This document shows positions 1 to 13,617 of a stretch of 64,000 bases of DNA, one piece after another. The DNA is taken from contig JAGIQG010000040.1 of assembly GCA_024679065.1 (NCBI GenBank), positions 5,580,001-5,644,000 of the forward strand, given 5' to 3'. Source of the DNA: Sphyrna mokarran. Taxonomy: Eukaryota. How positions within the stretch are numbered: position 1 is the first letter of the stretch; every line of letters begins with the position of its first letter. A model generated the notes under the pieces. It did not search any database. It was not told where the DNA came from and worked only from the letters and a program-made list of their open reading frames with translations. Both the position numbers and the translations under genes were made by a program.

Positions 1-1870
1 AATGTATGAGGGACAAGGTTTAAAAGAAATGTGTGAGGCACGTTCTTTACACAGAGGGTGATGGGTACTTGGAACTCGCTGCAGGGGAGGTAGTGGAAGC
101 AGATATATAGAACATAGAACATTACAGCACAGAACAGGCCCTTCGGCCCTCGATGTTGTGCCGACCAAAATAAAGAGCAATGCCCCTCCAAACTAAACCA
201 TTCCCTTCTCTTCCGTATACTTATCAATTAACCTCTTAAACGCCACCAAACTTGGCGCATCTACAACAGCTGCAGGCAGGGCATTCCACTCCCTAATCAC
301 TCTTTGAGTAAAGAACCTACCTCTGATATCCGTCCTATAACTCATACCCCTTAATTTAAAGCTGTGTCCCCTCGTGCTAGCTTTCTCCATCCTAGGAAAA
401 AGGCTATCACTGTCCACCCTATCTAAACCTCTAATCATCTTATATGCTTCAATAAGATCCCCTCTTAGCCGCCTCCTTTCTAACGAAAACAACCTCAAAT
501 CCTTCAACCTCTCTTCATAGGACCTGCCCTCCATACCAGGCAACATCCTGGTAAACCTCCTCTGTACCCTCTCCAATGCCTCCACATCTTTCTTATAATG
601 TGGCGACCAGAACTGCACACAATACTCCAAGTGCGGCCGCACTAGAGTTTTGTACAGTTGCAACATGATGCTGCGGCTCCTAAATTCAATCCCCCTACCA
701 ATAAAAGCTAAGACTCCATATGCCTTCTTAACAACTTTATCCACTTGACTGCCTACTTTCAGGGATCTATTGACACATACACCAAGATCCTTCTGTTCCT
801 CAACACTATTAAGAGCCCTACCATTAGCCCTATACTCTACACATTTATTGTTCCTGCCAAAGTGCATTACCTCACACTTTTCCACATTAAACTCCATTTG
901 CCACCTCTCGGCCCAGCTCTGCAACTTGTCCAAGTCACTCTGTAAACTATAACACCCCTCTTCACTATCTACCACTCCACCGACTTTAGTGTCATCTGCA
1001 AATTTACTAATCCATCCTTCAATACCCTCATCCAGATCATTTATAAAAATTACAAACAGCAGGGGCCCCAAAACAGACCCCTGAGGCACACCACTTGTCA
1101 CCGAACTCCACGATGAATATCTCCCATCAACCACCACCCTCTGTCTTCTATCTGCCAGCCAATTCCTAATCCAATTAGCTAAATCACCCTCTATTCCACA
1201 CATCTGCATTTTCTGTAGAAGTCTTCCATGGGCCACCTTATCAAACGCCTTACTAAAGTCCATATATACTACATCAACCGCCTTACCCCCATCCACCTCT
1301 TTGGTCACTTTCTCAAAAAACTCAATGAGGTTAGTAAGGCATGACCTACCCTTCACGAAACCATGCTGACTATCCCCAATCAATTCATTTCTCTCTAAAT
1401 AACTATAAATCCTATCCCTAATAATTCTCTCCAATACCTTGCCCACAACAGAAGTAAGACTCACTGGCCTATAATTCCCTGGAAGGTCTCTCTTCCCCTT
1501 CTTAAACAATGGGACCACATTCGCTATCCTCCAGTCCTCCGGAACCACACCCGTAACCAACGAGGACCTGAAGATCAGAGCCAGAGGCTCTGCAATCTCC
1601 TCTCTTGCCTCCCAGAGAATCCTAGGGTAAATCCCGTCCAGCCCAGGGGACTTATCAAACTTCAAACTTCAATATGATAGTTGTTTTTAAGTGGCTTTTA
1701 ATGAACAACATTATTCATGTTGAAAAATACATGAATAGGATGAGAATGGAGGAACATGGTCACTGGAAGGGTGGGAGCTTTCATTCAGTCGGGCAGCATG
1801 GTCTGTGCAGGCTCGGAGGGCCAAAAGGCCTGTTCCTGTGCTGTCATTTGCTTTATTCAATGTTCTTTGG
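1..1870 (+). mobile_element. Older degenerate CR1 3' end, split by the young CR1 (pieces 1-107 and 1671-1870)
   Basis: 1-107 reads like the CR1 C-terminus (ttctttacacagagggtg...gtagtggaagcagata). It resumes at 1671 (atgatagttgtttttaag...) and ends in the CR1 3'UTR motif gggccaaaaggcctgttcctgtgctgt. Confidence 0.75.
108..1670 (-). mobile_element. Young 5'-truncated CR1 LINE (RT domain and C-terminus of ORF2, open frame 193..1665)
   Basis: 490-aa stop-free frame with RT motifs (NYRPVSLTS, DFSKAFDKV, GVPQGSVLGP, FADDTK). 3' tail of TTCTATG repeats at 108-121 on the - strand. Confidence 0.95.
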
Positions 1871-3273
1871 TTTCTTCATTGCTACAAGTTGCAGTTGTGA
1901 GAAGTGTTTAAACCCTTTAGGGGAGTGATTTCTCAAAATTGTCAAAAAACAGGCTTTCGTCAGATAAACATTTATTTGTTACAAAATGTGGAAAATGCAG
2001 CCATCACTTACTCCTGAAACCCACAGACACACACATAAGAAAAGTTGTTTGTCACAAAAGTGCTGATATCGGCGCATGTGAAGTGTCCACACTGCCAGCC
2101 TCCCGATCGCTGGCCAGCTCGATACTAAAAAATAGCAGTGCAGATGCTGAAATGTTAGAATGGAAACAAAAAATTTAGGAAAAGCACAGGAGCTTTTGCA
2201 GCCTCTGTGCAGAGGGAACCTGAGTTAATATTTCAAGTCAGTCTGACCTTGTCCTTCGAGATGTAAATGGTCATGGGTTGGAAGGTGCTGTGAAAGGATC
2301 TTTGGTGAATTACTGAAATGTATCTTGTAGACAGTGCACAAGGTTGCTGCTGAATTTATCCTCTTTTGCCCATGCTGTTACTTGTCTGCTCTTGTTTTTT
2401 TCGTACATGTGGAGGTGCTGTTCAAACGCAACGTAATGAAAGAACTGCATTGCCTTCTTCCTGTCCTTTTCCATGTTTATATATTGGGAAATCATCCAGC
2501 TGTACTAGACCAGGTTTGTGGGTATGTTGTATTATTCGTAAAAATCTTAAAATTCAATGAAAATATATATAAAAATAACATTTGAGGGGACGTTCCTCGT
2601 GCTGCTGAACACATGTCCTGCTGAGAGTGACTAACACAGGCATTCCGTGGACAGGCACGGGTCAAGTTATAAAGACATGTGTCAGAGCTGTTGAAACATC
2701 CCCTCCAACGTGAATACCACACCGGAGGCATTGCAAAGTAAATGTAAAAGCTTCCTCCTTCATTCTATTGCTTCTGAGCATTTTTAGCTTGCAACTTTCA
2801 CTATGTGGATGTGACTATCATAGACAGGTGAGAGAACGAAATTAATTTCAAACAGGGAATTGGACAAATCCTGAAGGGGAAGGATTTGCAGGAATCTGGG
2901 GAATGGACAGATGAACGGGATTAGTTGCAGTAATGAAACCAATAATGCGAATATTCACATGGAAATGAGGAATTATTCAATGGATGGGCTGGGCTGAGGC
3001 AGAAGTGAGGATGTGTGATCTTATTGAGGTGGCTGAGGACAGGGTTTGGGATGGGGAGAATATGGGGTTGGAAATCCAATCAGGGTAAAAGGGAGATTGT
3101 AGGTTGCGGGAAGCCTCTGATAGCAACCAGAGAGGGGAGTGGAACCGTGGAATATGGGATGGAATGAGTAACTGGAGCTTAAGAGAATGAATTCATTCTT
3201 TCCAAAGTGTAAATAACCAGAAAAAAATGCAGTCTGAGGCAGTTAGAATAAGTAACTGGATAGAGAAACTTAC

Positions 3274-3445
3274 CAGGGACACCAACAATAGCGAGGATGG
3301 GATAATATCCCTCTTGAATACGTATTAGTACATCGTTAATCTGATAATGCCATGGTGTCTGAACATCAATGGACTCGGTAATGTTCAATTGGAAATCTTC
3401 ATCGAGTGTAAAATTCCAAACTATTGATCCCAGATACTGATCCAT
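3274..3445 (-). CDS. Coding exon 1 of a GPR139-like class A GPCR (N-terminus to start of TM1); exon 2 lies outside the window (<1)
   Basis: MDQYLG...IQEGYYPILAIVGVP ends at a phase-1 donor (CCTG|gtaagt, 3273). It has N-glycosylation sequons NFT and NIT, and an upstream TATA-like TATTAATAA at ~3545. The phase matches the exon-2 type seen at 61641. Confidence 0.75.
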
Positions 3446-3949
3446 TGTTGTAACGTTCCAATCTACTCTCGGATTCTGATCTCTCCTCCCCCCTCACTCA
3501 GGCGGCGAGTGCCACACTTACACTCCCATTGAAAGGAATGCCTTATTAATAGAAGAGGGAAACCCTCTAGTGGCACACTTCGGATCTATGGAGACTGTCA
3601 TTTATTCCATTCACTAAACAAACAAGTGCAATTAACTCTTTCAATCCAAAACATTTTGTATCACAATCAAATCAAACATTTACTTGGTATGGGTTGGATG
3701 TATGAGGTTGACTGAGGACAGGTATGGTGGAAATATTGAATATACTGACCATAATATTTCAATCCTCCTTGGATATGGGAATGGTGCCAGAGCATGGGAG
3801 AGCTATACACGTTCCATGTTTAGAAAAGGAGAAACCACTGAACCAATAAAAAAAAGTTAAGGTGAAATAAACGCGGGAAAGGGGGTTTTCCAGTGTAAAA
3901 TGTTGTTCCTACCGAATGTTGCAGACCGACACATTTTAGATTCCAAGAC

Positions 3950-5430
3950 TCCAACATTTTCATGCACAGGTTCCAAAAAGACTTTCTTACCGCACAGGAC
4001 CTTCAACCGATGCTATACACTAGATACATCGATGACACTTTCTTCTTTTGGACTCATGGCGAACAAACAGTGAAACAACTATATTAACAAGTTCTATCCT
4101 ACCATCAGACTCATCATGGACTCCCGAATCGGTGGCATTCTCGGACACACGCATCTCCATCAAGGACGGTCACCTCAGCACCTCACTGTACCGCAAGCCC
4201 ACAGGCAACCTCACAATGCTCCACTTCTCCAGCTTCCACCCTAAACACGTTAAAGAAGCCATCCCCTACGGACAGGCCTCCGTATACACAGAATTTGCTC
4301 AGATGAGGAGGATCGTGACAAACACCTCCAGACGCTGAAAGATACCCTCGTAAGAACAGGATATGCGCTCGACCCATCGATTAACAGTTCCGAAATGCCA
4401 CAGCGAAAAACCGCACCAACCTCCTCAGAAAACAAACACGGGACACAGTGGACAGAGTACCCTTTGTTGTCCAGTACTTCCCCGGAGTGGAGAAGCTAGG
4501 ACATCTTCTCCGGAGTCTTCAACATATCAGTGATGAAGACGAACATCTCGCTAGGGCCATCCCCCCACCCTCACTTCTTGCCTTTAAACAACCGCACAAT
4601 CTCAAACAGAGCATTGTTCGCAACAAACTACCCAGACTTCAGGAGAACAGTGTCCACAATATCACACAACCCCGCCACAGCAGCCTCTGCAAGACGTGCC
4701 GGATCATCGACATGGATGACATCATCACACATGAGAACACCATTCACCAGGTACACGGTACATACTCTTGCAACTCGGCCAACATTGTCTACCTAATACG
4801 CTGCAGAAAAGGATGTCCCGAAGCATGGTACATTGGGGAGACCATTCAGACGCTACGACAACGGATGAATGAACATCGCTCGACAATCACTAGGCAAAAC
4901 TGTTCCCTTCCTGTTGGCGAACACTTCAGCGGTCACGGGCATTCGGTCTCCGACTTTCGGATAAGCATTCTCCAAGGAGGCCTTCACGACAGCACAGAGC
5001 CGCTGAGCAGAAATAAATTGATAGTTCTTCACACATGAGGACGGTCTCAATTGGGATCTTGGGCTCATGTCACACTAGCTGTAACCCCCTTGACTTACTT
5101 GGATTTGCAAAACCTCACTTACTGTAGTGTCTGGAAACAATACACATCTCTTTGACCTATAGCTAATGTTCCTTCCACTCACATTGTCAGCATCTTTAAG
5201 AATTGAATAGCAGGTCAGTTGTAAAGACTCGCTTTCTAATCAGTAATCTGTCAGCTGTCTGTGCTGTTATATGCTCTGTCTGAGGCCTGAACTCTCCATT
5301 CACCTAACGAAAGGGAAAACCTCGAAAGCTTGTGAGTTTACTATCAAATAAATTGGTTGGATTTAAACCTGGTATTGTCAGACTTCTTACTGTATTTACC
5401 CCAGTCCAATGCCGGCATCTCCACATTACA
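3950..5430 (+). mobile_element. Penelope-like element (RT C-terminus, GIY-YIG endonuclease, pseudo-LTR), degenerate
   Basis: ORF pieces TSLYRKPT...SFHPKHVKEAIPYGQ and NIVYLIRC...WYIGET...LRQRMNEHRS (GIY-YIG). Frameshifted. 3' repeat contains a hammerhead-like remnant at 5301-5334. Confidence 0.9.
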
Positions 5431-6236
5431 ACAGCTGGTTACACACACTGTCAAATCAATATTTTCCTGTGCACACACATCCCAAGATCAATCTGCAGAA
5501 ATCCCACCAGAAACAGTGGGATTTTATATAGTTATATTTACTGCGTGGTTGTAACATTAGCTGCCCACGAGTAACAGCACAAACTTTCCTGAAACTAGCT
5601 CTATCCATGCAATGGAATGTGTTAAAAGGAAAGTGACATTCGGTTTAAAATATCATCCGCATTGGAGACGGTTACGTCAGGTGAAAATGTTGATAATTAA
5701 ATGAAACATGCTAATTGTCCTTCAGTGTGAAATAACATGGGAATATTAACCAAATATTGCGCTGAGATGTCAGCAGATTCTGAGCGTTTGCTGCCACCTT
5801 TTGGGAGAGTTTAGAATTTCTCCCCGTCATGTTCCGTTCAGTTCAGAATATTATTCAGGAATTAGTTTTGCAAAAAATTCGAAAGACTACACCAAAGCTG
5901 TCTTGTCATTAAATATTGCGTTGTTTGGTGTAAGTGCTATACTGAACTTTATCTCTATTTATAATATTTCATGCCTTTTTTGCTATTGTAACACTAAACT
6001 AGTTTCATGTATTATTTTATTAGATAATCTTATTTTGATCACGCAAGGCCATGCCTTGCTAACAACTGTCCAGACTATGCCTCTTCTCACAGGGCACAAG
6101 CCAGTGTCTCAGCTATTATGACACTGAGCCCATATGTCTGTCCTAATTCCACTGGATCGGAGCCTGTTTACATTACAGGAAGGCTGTCTCCTTCCTTCAA
6201 CATTATTTGGCCCCATTGGGTAGTACAAAATCAGCA

Positions 6237-6308
6237 GTTTCTGTGGTGTAGTGGTGATTGTGTTCGCTTCACACACGAAAGAAACCTACTTCAAAGCTAG
6301 GCTAGAGT
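6237..6308 (+). pseudogene. tRNA-Val(CAC)-derived pseudogene
   Basis: GTTTCTGTGGTGTAGTGGTGATTGTGTTCGCTTCACACACGAAAG aligns to vertebrate tRNA-Val; the T-arm/B-box is decayed. Its downstream flank is paralogous to that of the 7333 gene. Confidence 0.7.
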
Positions 6309-7332
6309 GTTATTAGTATTTGTTTACTAAGGGTGAGGAAAGTTTGCATGATTTAAATTTGTTGCTGAACATTGCCCGAAATTCGATATTAAAGCTATAT
6401 TATCTTTGCTGTGACCTCGGCCTCAAAATCTTTCAGCAAAATCTGAAATTTTGTATTTTTATGATGCAACGAGAGGAAATAGATGCCCCTGTTTTAAAAC
6501 TGTGCTCATGACAGCAACTTGTTCAGTCCACAACAGAATTTAATGGCTTTATTAATGCAGACGAACAAAGTTAATCATCATCTGAAACATGTCTAACAGT
6601 ATTGTGTACTCCGAAAGACAGATATGCGAGAAACTGTAACTGAACTAGAGGAAATAGTGCACATTGCACACAACCATCTTTTTAACATCGTTCTTCAGAG
6701 TAAAGAATTCGGAAAAAACCACTCAGACAGATGAGGAAACCGAGAATCAGTGCGGATCTGCTGAACTTCCTACAGATGAATGAGATTTAAGCGCCAGAAT
6801 GTTTCATACTCAGAGTAAAGAGGAATCAAGTATAACTATCAGATCATTTTAAATCTCTTCCCTTTAAAAGTACTTGATTTTGTTTAAAATCTATGGTCAA
6901 TCTCAACTACGCACCATGGGATGTGTATTACCCAGTGATTCGGTTCCTTTTGTTGGTCAGTCATGTTTGCAACTCAGTATTGTATATTTCAGAGATATTT
7001 CATTCAGAATGAGGAGATACGTAATTAATAAAAATACATTATATTATACATTGAGCAGCAAACAAGTACTGGATAGAAGTGGTTGAAATTATCCAAACGA
7101 AGATGAGAATGCTGCATTAATGATTGAGCAGAAATCATTGCTCCTTAAATAATTGCTGGACGACCGCTTTTAAATGCTAAAGTTCACATAAGTTGAGAAA
7201 TAAGGTTGAAAGAAATGTTTTTTTGCCTTGTGTTAAGTGACTGAGGCTCTCAGTGTAACCATTAGGACCTGTAGCAAGATAGTGGAGTTGAACATTGTAG
7301 TTGGGCCATTTGGTGGAACTGTGCTGTCAGTT

Positions 7333-7405
7333 GTTTCTGTAGGGTAGTGGTTCTCACATTCGCCTAACACGCGAAAGGTTCCTGGTTCGAAACCAGGCAG
7401 AAACA
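7333..7405 (+). tRNA. tRNA-Val: tRNA-Val(AAC)
   Basis: 73 nt, GTTTCTG...CAGAAAC acceptor stem, anticodon loop CT-AAC-AC, GGTTCGAAACC B-box. A few D-arm mismatches. Confidence 0.85.
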
Positions 7406-8164
7406 TTAACTTCTTAATTATGAAGGTAGTTTTGCATAGTTTCAGTTTTTGCTGCATATATTCCAGATGTCGATGTTACACCCATATTACCTTTGCTCTG
7501 ACCTCGGACACAAGTGCTCTCAGCTAAATCGGTAATGTTGTATTTTGAAACGCAATCTGGAAATAAATGTGTGTATTGTTCAGTCCACAACAGAACTTAG
7601 TGGATTTATAAATGCAGACTAACATAGTTAATTTCAATGTAAGTATTGAAAAGAACTGCTGAGAAAACTACAAAAAACCATCCAGCATCGAGTCTTTCGG
7701 AAACCTGTGTCTTTGTGCTTGGGATTTTAAACTGCAGAAAGCAGGCTGCAGAAAACAATTTTACAACATCTGTGTCCAAAACAGCAGCCAGAGTCCCAGC
7801 AGAGTAAAACAGGTTTTGAATTGACCAATGATTTTAAAACAAGCTCTCAAACACAACAAACAATTGCATTTAAATTGGAGTGTTGGTGACAGTCTCAAGC
7901 CACTCAAATTGCAGGAATATGCGAGGAAATTCTAGGGATTTAAACCCGGACAGGGGGAAACAATGGGGACAGGGGAAAGGGAGAGAGAGAAAAGAATTTG
8001 GAATTACACAGCACAGAAACAGACCCTTCGGCCCACCAGCTCCATGCTGGCCATCAAATCCCAATCTATACTCCTCCCAATTAAGAGGATAGAAAAGGAA
8101 AGGGACCTGGGAGTGCAGGTGCACAAATCTCTGAAGGTGGCAGAGCAGGTGGAGAAGGTTGTGA

Positions 8165-8620
8165 ACAAAGAACAAAGAACAAAACAACACGGGAAACAGG
8201 CCCTTCGGCCCAACGAGCCCGCGCCGCTACCCCGATATTCCCACCTCTACCCGTGATCTCTGTCAATGTTTATAGATCTATTATAGACAATTTGAGACAA
8301 TTTAGGGAGAATTTGTTTTGCCAATTAGCCTAAGAGCACATCTTTGGGATATGGGAGGAAACCGGAGTACTCGGAGAAAACTTACGAAAGCACGGGAAGA
8401 ATGTGCAAACTCCCACAGACACAGGCCCAAACCCATGTATCTGCACAGCACAGCGATAGTCACTGAGCTGTCGTGTTGCCCATCAAATGGTGCAGGTCAA
8501 GCGTACACTAACGACGTGAAGCACTCGGATACTCTCGAAAAAAATTCAAGAAGCAGCCCTCTCACGACCCATCGCGTGTATGCCCCTCGTTAGACAATAA
8601 GGTGGACCAAAGCACCTGTA
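8165..8620 (-). mobile_element. 3'UTR fragment of a CR1 subfamily with a SINE-like core, flanked by other CR1 scraps (8000-8165)
   Basis: The reverse complement aligns with 53940-54352. TTCTTTG-repeat tail at 8165-8185. Confidence 0.7.
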
Positions 8621-8859
8621 GGGTAAAAACAAGTACATCAATATCATCATCTATTTACACACTTCCCAGGGATCTCCTAAGGCTCATGATCCCTATTTTA
8701 AATCAGTTTTCTATACCCCTCCATTCCCATTCTGTTCATGTGCCCATCTAAGTATTTCTTATTTCTCAAGAAACACTTAAGAATATATTACCAAATTAAT
8801 AAATATATTATTAATAAATATATTCCCAAACTAAAAAAATTGGGGCAACTTAGGGTATG

Positions 8860-9160
8860 AACATTTGACTATTTATAGAGTTTGATGTCCCAAAGTGTTT
8901 CCCGGTCACTGTGGAAAATACAATAGCCAATTTGGATTCACTGTGTCATTTCATTCAGTAATATTGTAGTCTTCTGTCTGTTTCAGTAAGTGTGATCGGT
9001 GAACAGACATCAAACAGGACATTTCCCTGTCCTTCTTGGAAACAGTGACCATGTGATATGTCATCTCTAGCTGAGAGGGAAGATGGTGTCCTCGATTTAA
9101 TAATTCACCGAGATGCTGGCAGCTCTGACGGCGCAGCATTTACTGAGCACTGCACTGTCT
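8860..9160 (-). repeat. Ancient SINE fragment (DeuSINE/SacSINE-like core)
   Basis: gctctgacggcgcagcatttactgagcactgcactg resembles the reverse complement of the Deu core domain. Recalled from memory, not searched. Confidence 0.4.
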
Positions 9161-9614
9161 CCTCGGGAAGTTCTCGGATTCTTATTCCTGCCAGACTGCC
9201 TGTGTCCTTTGGCACGGAAAGAATTTCTGAATCGACTGGAGACAAAATCCGGGAAATCCGAGGCGGTGGTGGCCCCTCCTTAACCCAACCTGGGAAAGAA
9301 ACGGATTAAAACCAAAAGTAAATTAAAAATAAACATTTCTGGCCCATGGAAACATGAGCCAATTAATTTAATCTCCAGAAAGAAATTGCAGTCGATAAAA
9401 GAAAGAAAGATTTTTATATCCCTTTACAGACTTCAGCGCTTTCTAACCCAAGGAAACTCATTTCCACTGTCGCCACTGTGGCGATGTTAGAAACTTTATT
9501 AACACAGAAATCAGTGGGAATGTTTAATTCTCTGTCAGACAGGGTTGCCACACTGATCCAGGAATAAAGAGATTGCGGACCCCAGGTATGTGAATGTTAC
9601 TTTGAACTCTCTGT

Positions 9615-9626
9615 CACACACACAAG

Positions 9627-9669
<43 letters not shown>

Positions 9670-9692
9670 TGTCTCTCCCTCTGTCTCTCTCT
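9615..9692. repeat. (CA)n followed by (CT)n microsatellite
   Basis: Directly visible. Confidence 0.9.
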
Positions 9693-10847
9693 TTACGATT
9701 CATTGAAGAACCGCATTGATTAGAAACATTCTGCTCAACGTCGTATTCAGATTACTCAGTGACATTAAAACGCAATTATTTCTACCTCGCTAAGTTTCCT
9801 GTGTCTCCCTCCTCATTGTCCCAGGGCACATCTTGAGATACCTCTGGTTGACCAAACTTAAAAATAGATTGGTGCATGATTACGCCAGACAAAGTCCTGC
9901 AGTGGACTTTCCACTAACTCGTGCAATATCGGTGACCGTTGAACTCACCAGGTCTTACCACCTGCCATTAGGCATATTGGAAAAAATGCAAGCTATAATC
10001 CACTTGTGTTACTGGAGCGGAATCCTGTCTCTATAGTCATACAATATCGAAGTGTTTCTATTCCGGAAATCCTGAAATTCTCATATAGACCCTTCCACGA
10101 AACACAATGTGGTTTGTGGTGTGAAGACTCACAGATATTTCCTATAACCCCAGCTGTCACCTGTGACAAATTGAACTCATGGTTCTGCAAGTTTTAGCAA
10201 AAGATGAGGTCTTGGAGCGTCACCTGTCAAACTGCGATTCTCAATGTTGTTAACGTTGTTGCATGATATTGCAGAATTTTTGTGTAGCCGTTTTATTGCA
10301 TGTTTTATTACTTTGATGAAACTACTACTACTACATCTGATGTCTTTGTCATCGTTTTGACATTGTTACATTTGATATTTAGATTTGGTTTCAGAGCATT
10401 TGTCCCGTTTCCGGTCGAGTCTGCGCCATGAGCACAGTACCTGCTCTGTTGATTAGATGGATGAATTTCGCTTTAATAAACTCAAAAATCCAGAACTGAT
10501 AAGTCTGGATTGATCATTTCGAAAGAACGGACGACTTGGACGCTCGCTAATATTCAAATACGTATGACAATAACATTTTTAAAAAGCCAATGTATCAAGC
10601 CAATATGTTTTTAATGTTTCTACTGAGGGTTAATCTGCAAGTTTTATTGTGATAGACAATAAAACAAGTTTAATGTTAACATTTAATTTAATATTAACAT
10701 AATTAACATTATGTTAATCACAAGCAGAAAGTTTTGTATCGGGATTGCTTGAATCATGCTCACATCTGAGGCATTTTGGTGTTGTGTCTACAGTCCCCCT
10801 GTCGAGAGAGTTATTGTACAAGCTCCTGATCTCTCTGTTTCACTGTG

Positions 10848-11128
10848 TCTCACTGCACTGTAATACACCGCAGAGTCTGGCAGCTCAACCGTGTGAACAG
10901 TGAGAGTAGTGGAGCCTTTCTCACGGTCCGCAGATACCTTAAACCTTCCCCCAGCTCTTTCATCTCTGAATGTGGAAACGAGATACTCTGGAGCTTGATC
11001 GGTCAATTGTCGGTACCAGAATACAAAGTCACTTGCAGTGACAGCGACATTGTGATGAAGAGAGGTAGTCTGTCCTTGCGTTGCCAAATACGTTGAGATC
11101 TGAGATGTCTTCGACTGACAAGGAATAG
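10848..11128 (-). pseudogene. TCR alpha/delta-type V pseudogene (open frame, both canonical Cys lost)
   Basis: QGQTTSLHHNV...FVFWYRQ...DSAVYYSAVR. Followed by a 23-RSS: CACAGTG (10847-10841), 23 nt, ACAATAACT (10817-10809). Confidence 0.85.
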
Positions 11129-11615
11129 CTGTCAAAACAATACAATCAATATAAGGACATATGTAGAGGGATAATTGAATAAAGTCCCTGTGTACATAGA
11201 CAGAATTAACTAATTTAAGCGTCTATTTATTTATCTGTCTGCCTGTCCATGTCTATATCCATTCATCTGCGTACTATCGACACTTCCATCTTCCTATATC
11301 CTTGTTCAGGATTTTCTCCCGCATATCTATCTGCATAGATATCTGAAAAGCAGTTATTTTTCCGGTCTGCATTTTAATTTGTGTGTGTAACAACGAAACA
11401 ATAGAGATAACTGAATTCCGACAGATTGCATCTGTAATGACAATTATAGGATATTGTAACTCTATCCAATTCAAGGTTAAAGGTCGGAAATCACAGCTTC
11501 TAATATCTCTGGCACTTCTAATAGCTCTGGTTTAGCGAAAATTTCAAAATGCTGTGTATACAGGGCAGAGAACAAGATATTCTCCAGCCGGATCCGCTGT
11601 CTCTCTCTCACTGTG

Positions 11616-12072
11616 TCAACTTCACAGAGCTATACATTCTGGAGTCCTGGACCGCAGTGTCATCGAAAGAGATGGTGTTGGAATTTCTTTACAGTGTCAG
11701 TTGGAAACACTGTGCAATGTCCTTTGGTCACATTTCTATCGTAAATGGAGGTGACAAATATCGGAGCCCTGTCAGTGTTTGTCTGTACCATGCTACAGAG
11801 TCGTCTGTAGAAATGGAGAGTCAACAGTTATGTTCAACCTGCTCCCCTTCCCGAGAAACAGCCTACTCATGTTGACAGCTCTGACCCTGACCCTGACCGG
11901 CTATGGACAAAAAAAATCACTCACAAACTAGATGGTATGAAGAGATTGTTAAGAACAACACATCTGATGAGAAAAATAACAACTCACACAATAGCAGCAA
12001 GGTCACAGCTTGAACAGGAAACAAGTACTTGCAGGGATTTCGCTTCATGGTGATGAAGATGCACAAGAGCAT
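11616..12072 (-). pseudogene. TCR V pseudogene with leader remnant and 4 in-frame stops
   Basis: Exon from acceptor at 11900 translates REGEQVEHNC*...DSVAWYRQ...VQDSRMYSSV. Heptamer CACAGTG at 11615-11609 with a degenerate nonamer. Leader-like MLLCIFITM at 12072 and TGACGT promoter motif at ~12218. Confidence 0.7.
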
Positions 12073-13245
12073 AAAGCCGGGTGTGGTTTTATACTGGGAC
12101 TTGCAACCGAGGCTGAATTGTGAGAAGGGAGAGAAGTGAAAGCTTTGTATTGTCCCTTCAATGTGAGGCTGAGGGTCCACATTGTCACCGATTGGATTCT
12201 TATGGGATGTCGGTCACTGACGTTGCTCACTGTGCCACTGTGCGATTGGCTGTTTCACAAACGATAGCCCACTTGAACCGCCAATGCCTCCGACTCTTTC
12301 TGCTTCCTGTGTGTTGCAACATAGTATACTATTTCACAACAGGTGTGCTCTGTTGTCTTTCTAAATGATCAGAGCCGTTCATTGTCTGAGAATGATAGTC
12401 TTAAAACAAAAATAGAGACCATTCGGCCTCATGCTCATGAAATGTTTATGCTGAAGGAGTATCAACTTTTCCTTTATCAGCAGCTTGCTTTCAATGTAGT
12501 TTATATTTTCAAAATTTCCATTTACTGCCCAAATATTTAAATATTTTTGAAAAATACTTCTAGATTATGTCTCCATTACAGATTGACATTTATCATCGCA
12601 ATTTCGAACAGTCAACTGCTCAAAACCCAAGTCTCCGAATCGTTCGCTCTGCTTTCATGGAGTTAACCTGAAATGTCACCATCAATTCACCGTCTCTGAG
12701 ACCAGCCGGATTAACCCTGTTTCTTTTTAACCTTTTCCAAACCTGTCTTGATTGGATAGAAGTCTCTTGCTTACGAAGTTCTGCTCTGTCCGGTGTGGGG
12801 ATGAAAATGCCCCCAGTTGTTCAAGTGCCACTCCACTCAACACTGCTTTCTTATCCCAACTCCACCTTTCCCAGCGTCTCACCCACTGCCTGTGAGGTCA
12901 ACACTGAAAGAAGAAAGAGTCTCCCGCTCAGCATGGCACATTCCCATCCTAACTCTATCTTTCCCAATCTCTCTCACAGATTCCTCATTTTCTGTCCACT
13001 CTTCCTACAATGACTGAAATTTCCTCTGTCCTGTTTTCCAATCACTCAGTCTAGTTTACATGCTCCCTCTTTCCTCTTCACCATTTCTGTTTTTAACTCT
13101 CTTCATTTCTGACGGAATTTTAGTAATTAAGTTCTATATTTTATTTTCAGTTGCGCTCATTTCCTTTTTTGATTTTTTAAAAATAATCCCATCACTCACT
13201 CTGCCGACACTGCAGACACACAGAGTGGCTCTCACAGTCGATGCA

Positions 13246-13284
13246 GGTTTTTGTATGGGACCCCGCTGTGTTTGTTACACTGTG
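13246..13284 (-). other. 23-bp spacer recombination signal sequence
   Basis: CACAGTG, 23 nt, ACAAAAACC (consensus heptamer and nonamer). Confidence 0.95.
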
Positions 13285-13617
13285 GCTCACGGCACAGAGA
13301 TAGGTGGCAGTGTCTGTAACTCCGGCGTCTCTCACAGTCAGGGTGCTGAATTTGTAGCCTTCCCCGATTGAGGCAGTGATCCTCTCGCTTTGATCGGTTT
13401 CCCTTCTGGCCATCACCAGATGTTGGGGTGGCTGATTCGGGGACTGTCTGTACCAAGACAAGCTGTTAAACGCAGTGGTTATAGTGCAGTTGATGGATAT
13501 GGTTTCCCCTTCGCTGACAACCTTCCACAGAGGAAGCTGCACCACCTCATCTGCTCCAGTCACTCCCGTGAAGATCAGAGTGAAAAGCAGCAAAGAGAAT
13601 CTGTAAATTCGGAACAT
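13285..13617 (-). CDS. TRAV: TCR alpha/delta V segment, apparently functional; leader and V in one exon
   Basis: MFRIYRFSLLLFTLIFTGVTG|ADEVVQ...INC...WYRQ...DTATYLCAVS, with a perfect 23-RSS. Confidence 0.9.
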
